A DNA stretch of 59,915 nucleotides. Source: Acholeplasma sp. GTDB taxonomy: Bacteria; Bacillota_I; Bacilli_A; Acholeplasmatales; UBA5453. Position numbers and translations under genes: made by a program. The notes beneath the pieces are model-generated. The model was not told the DNA's origin. It saw only the letters and a program-made list of their open reading frames with translations, and did not search any database. Every line of letters starts with the position of its first letter. Position 1 is the stretch's first letter. Shown here in pieces: positions 59,433-59,915 of the stretch. The stretch lies in NCBI GenBank assembly GCA_036677365.1, contig JAVBWN010000009.1, forward strand, positions 1-59,915, written 5' to 3'.

Positions 59433-59517
59433 GCCCGAGTGGTGAAATTGGTAGACGCGCTGGACTCAAAATCCAGTGGGGTGACTCATGCCGGTTCGAG
59501 TCCGGCCTCGGGCACCA
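59433..59517 (+). tRNA. tRNA-Leu (CAA)
   Basis: GCCCGAG/CTCGGGC acceptor stem, CTGGA-CTCAAAA-TCCAG anticodon arm, long variable arm, GGTTCGAGTCC, encoded CCA. Confidence 0.97.
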
Positions 59518-59527
59518 ACTCGTATAT

Positions 59528-59550
59528 AACGGCTCAACAGAGCCGTTTTT
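59528..59550 (+). terminator. AACGGCT-type hairpin terminator after tRNA-Leu
   Basis: AACGGCTC-aaca-GAGCCGTTTTT. Confidence 0.75.
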
Positions 59551-59567
59551 ATTATGTTCAAGTACCT

Positions 59568-59587
59568 AATTGCACACAAATTGCACA
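59568..59587 (+). repeat. Tandem 11-bp-period repeat AATTGCACA (integrase arm-type-like)
   Basis: AATTGCACA at 59568 and 59579. Confidence 0.5.
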
Positions 59588-59727
59588 TTTTTTAGTCCTT
59601 GCATAAAATGTGACTGCAAGAACATACTCGATATACAATTTTTTTAAGTGGAATATTTTTTAGTTTCAAATCCAGATTTGTATTATAATAAAACTACTAT
59701 GACAGTTATCCTACCCGAGAGAGGTTA

Positions 59728-59915
59728 TGGAAAAGAACTGTTATTAATTCACGCCATAAACAAAAAGAATTGACGTTATATTGGTCCATATTGGAAGGTA
59801 AATTTTATAATGAAAGATGTTAATAGATGGTTTGGAGTCCCAGAATCTGAATTGAAGAAAATAACAAAAGACAACTATCATAATGTTAAACTCAAACACA
59901 ATATTGAACTTACTT
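59728..59915 (+). pseudogene. Probable disrupted hypothetical gene running off the window
   Basis: GAGAGG RBS plus ATG gives only 6 codons. A shifted frame reads ELLLIHAINKKN*RYIGPYWKVNFIMKDVNRWFG... to the window end. Confidence 0.35.

Overview
Low-GC chromosomal segment of a wall-less Firmicutes-derived bacterium, most likely Acholeplasmataceae (inference: standard code with TGA stops, an MGS-type glycolipid synthase, many lipoproteins, a reduced Bacillus-like nusB-xseAB-dxs-tlyA-recN block). Most of the window is housekeeping: a two-component system with flanking lipoproteins, a DinG-type helicase-nuclease, transporters, iscS, rsmH, potABCD, dinB, two MacB-like ABC fusions, ispH, cshB-nfo, mhqO/D-like genes, glgA-glgC, argS, tmRNA and tRNA-Leu(CAA). 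There are three accessory zones. (1) The right end of an IS200/IS605-family element (TnpB plus omega-RNA) inserted into a DUF1801 gene at the window start. (2) An AT-rich island of about 7.6 kb (~21400-29010) at the 3' end of ssrA, built from same-strand modules of headless toxin-like C-terminal stubs (one clear Rhs remnant) followed by candidate immunity genes. It also has a 61-bp repeat at two module junctions, an HsdS remnant and att-like hairpins/arm-type repeats. (3) The start of another probable decayed insertion after tRNA-Leu. The best candidates for undescribed systems are the orphan immunity-cassette array and a self-contained TCS regulon with phased TGTCA boxes controlling DUF4349/vWA lipoproteins. 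All assignments come from motif recognition by eye; no database searches were run.
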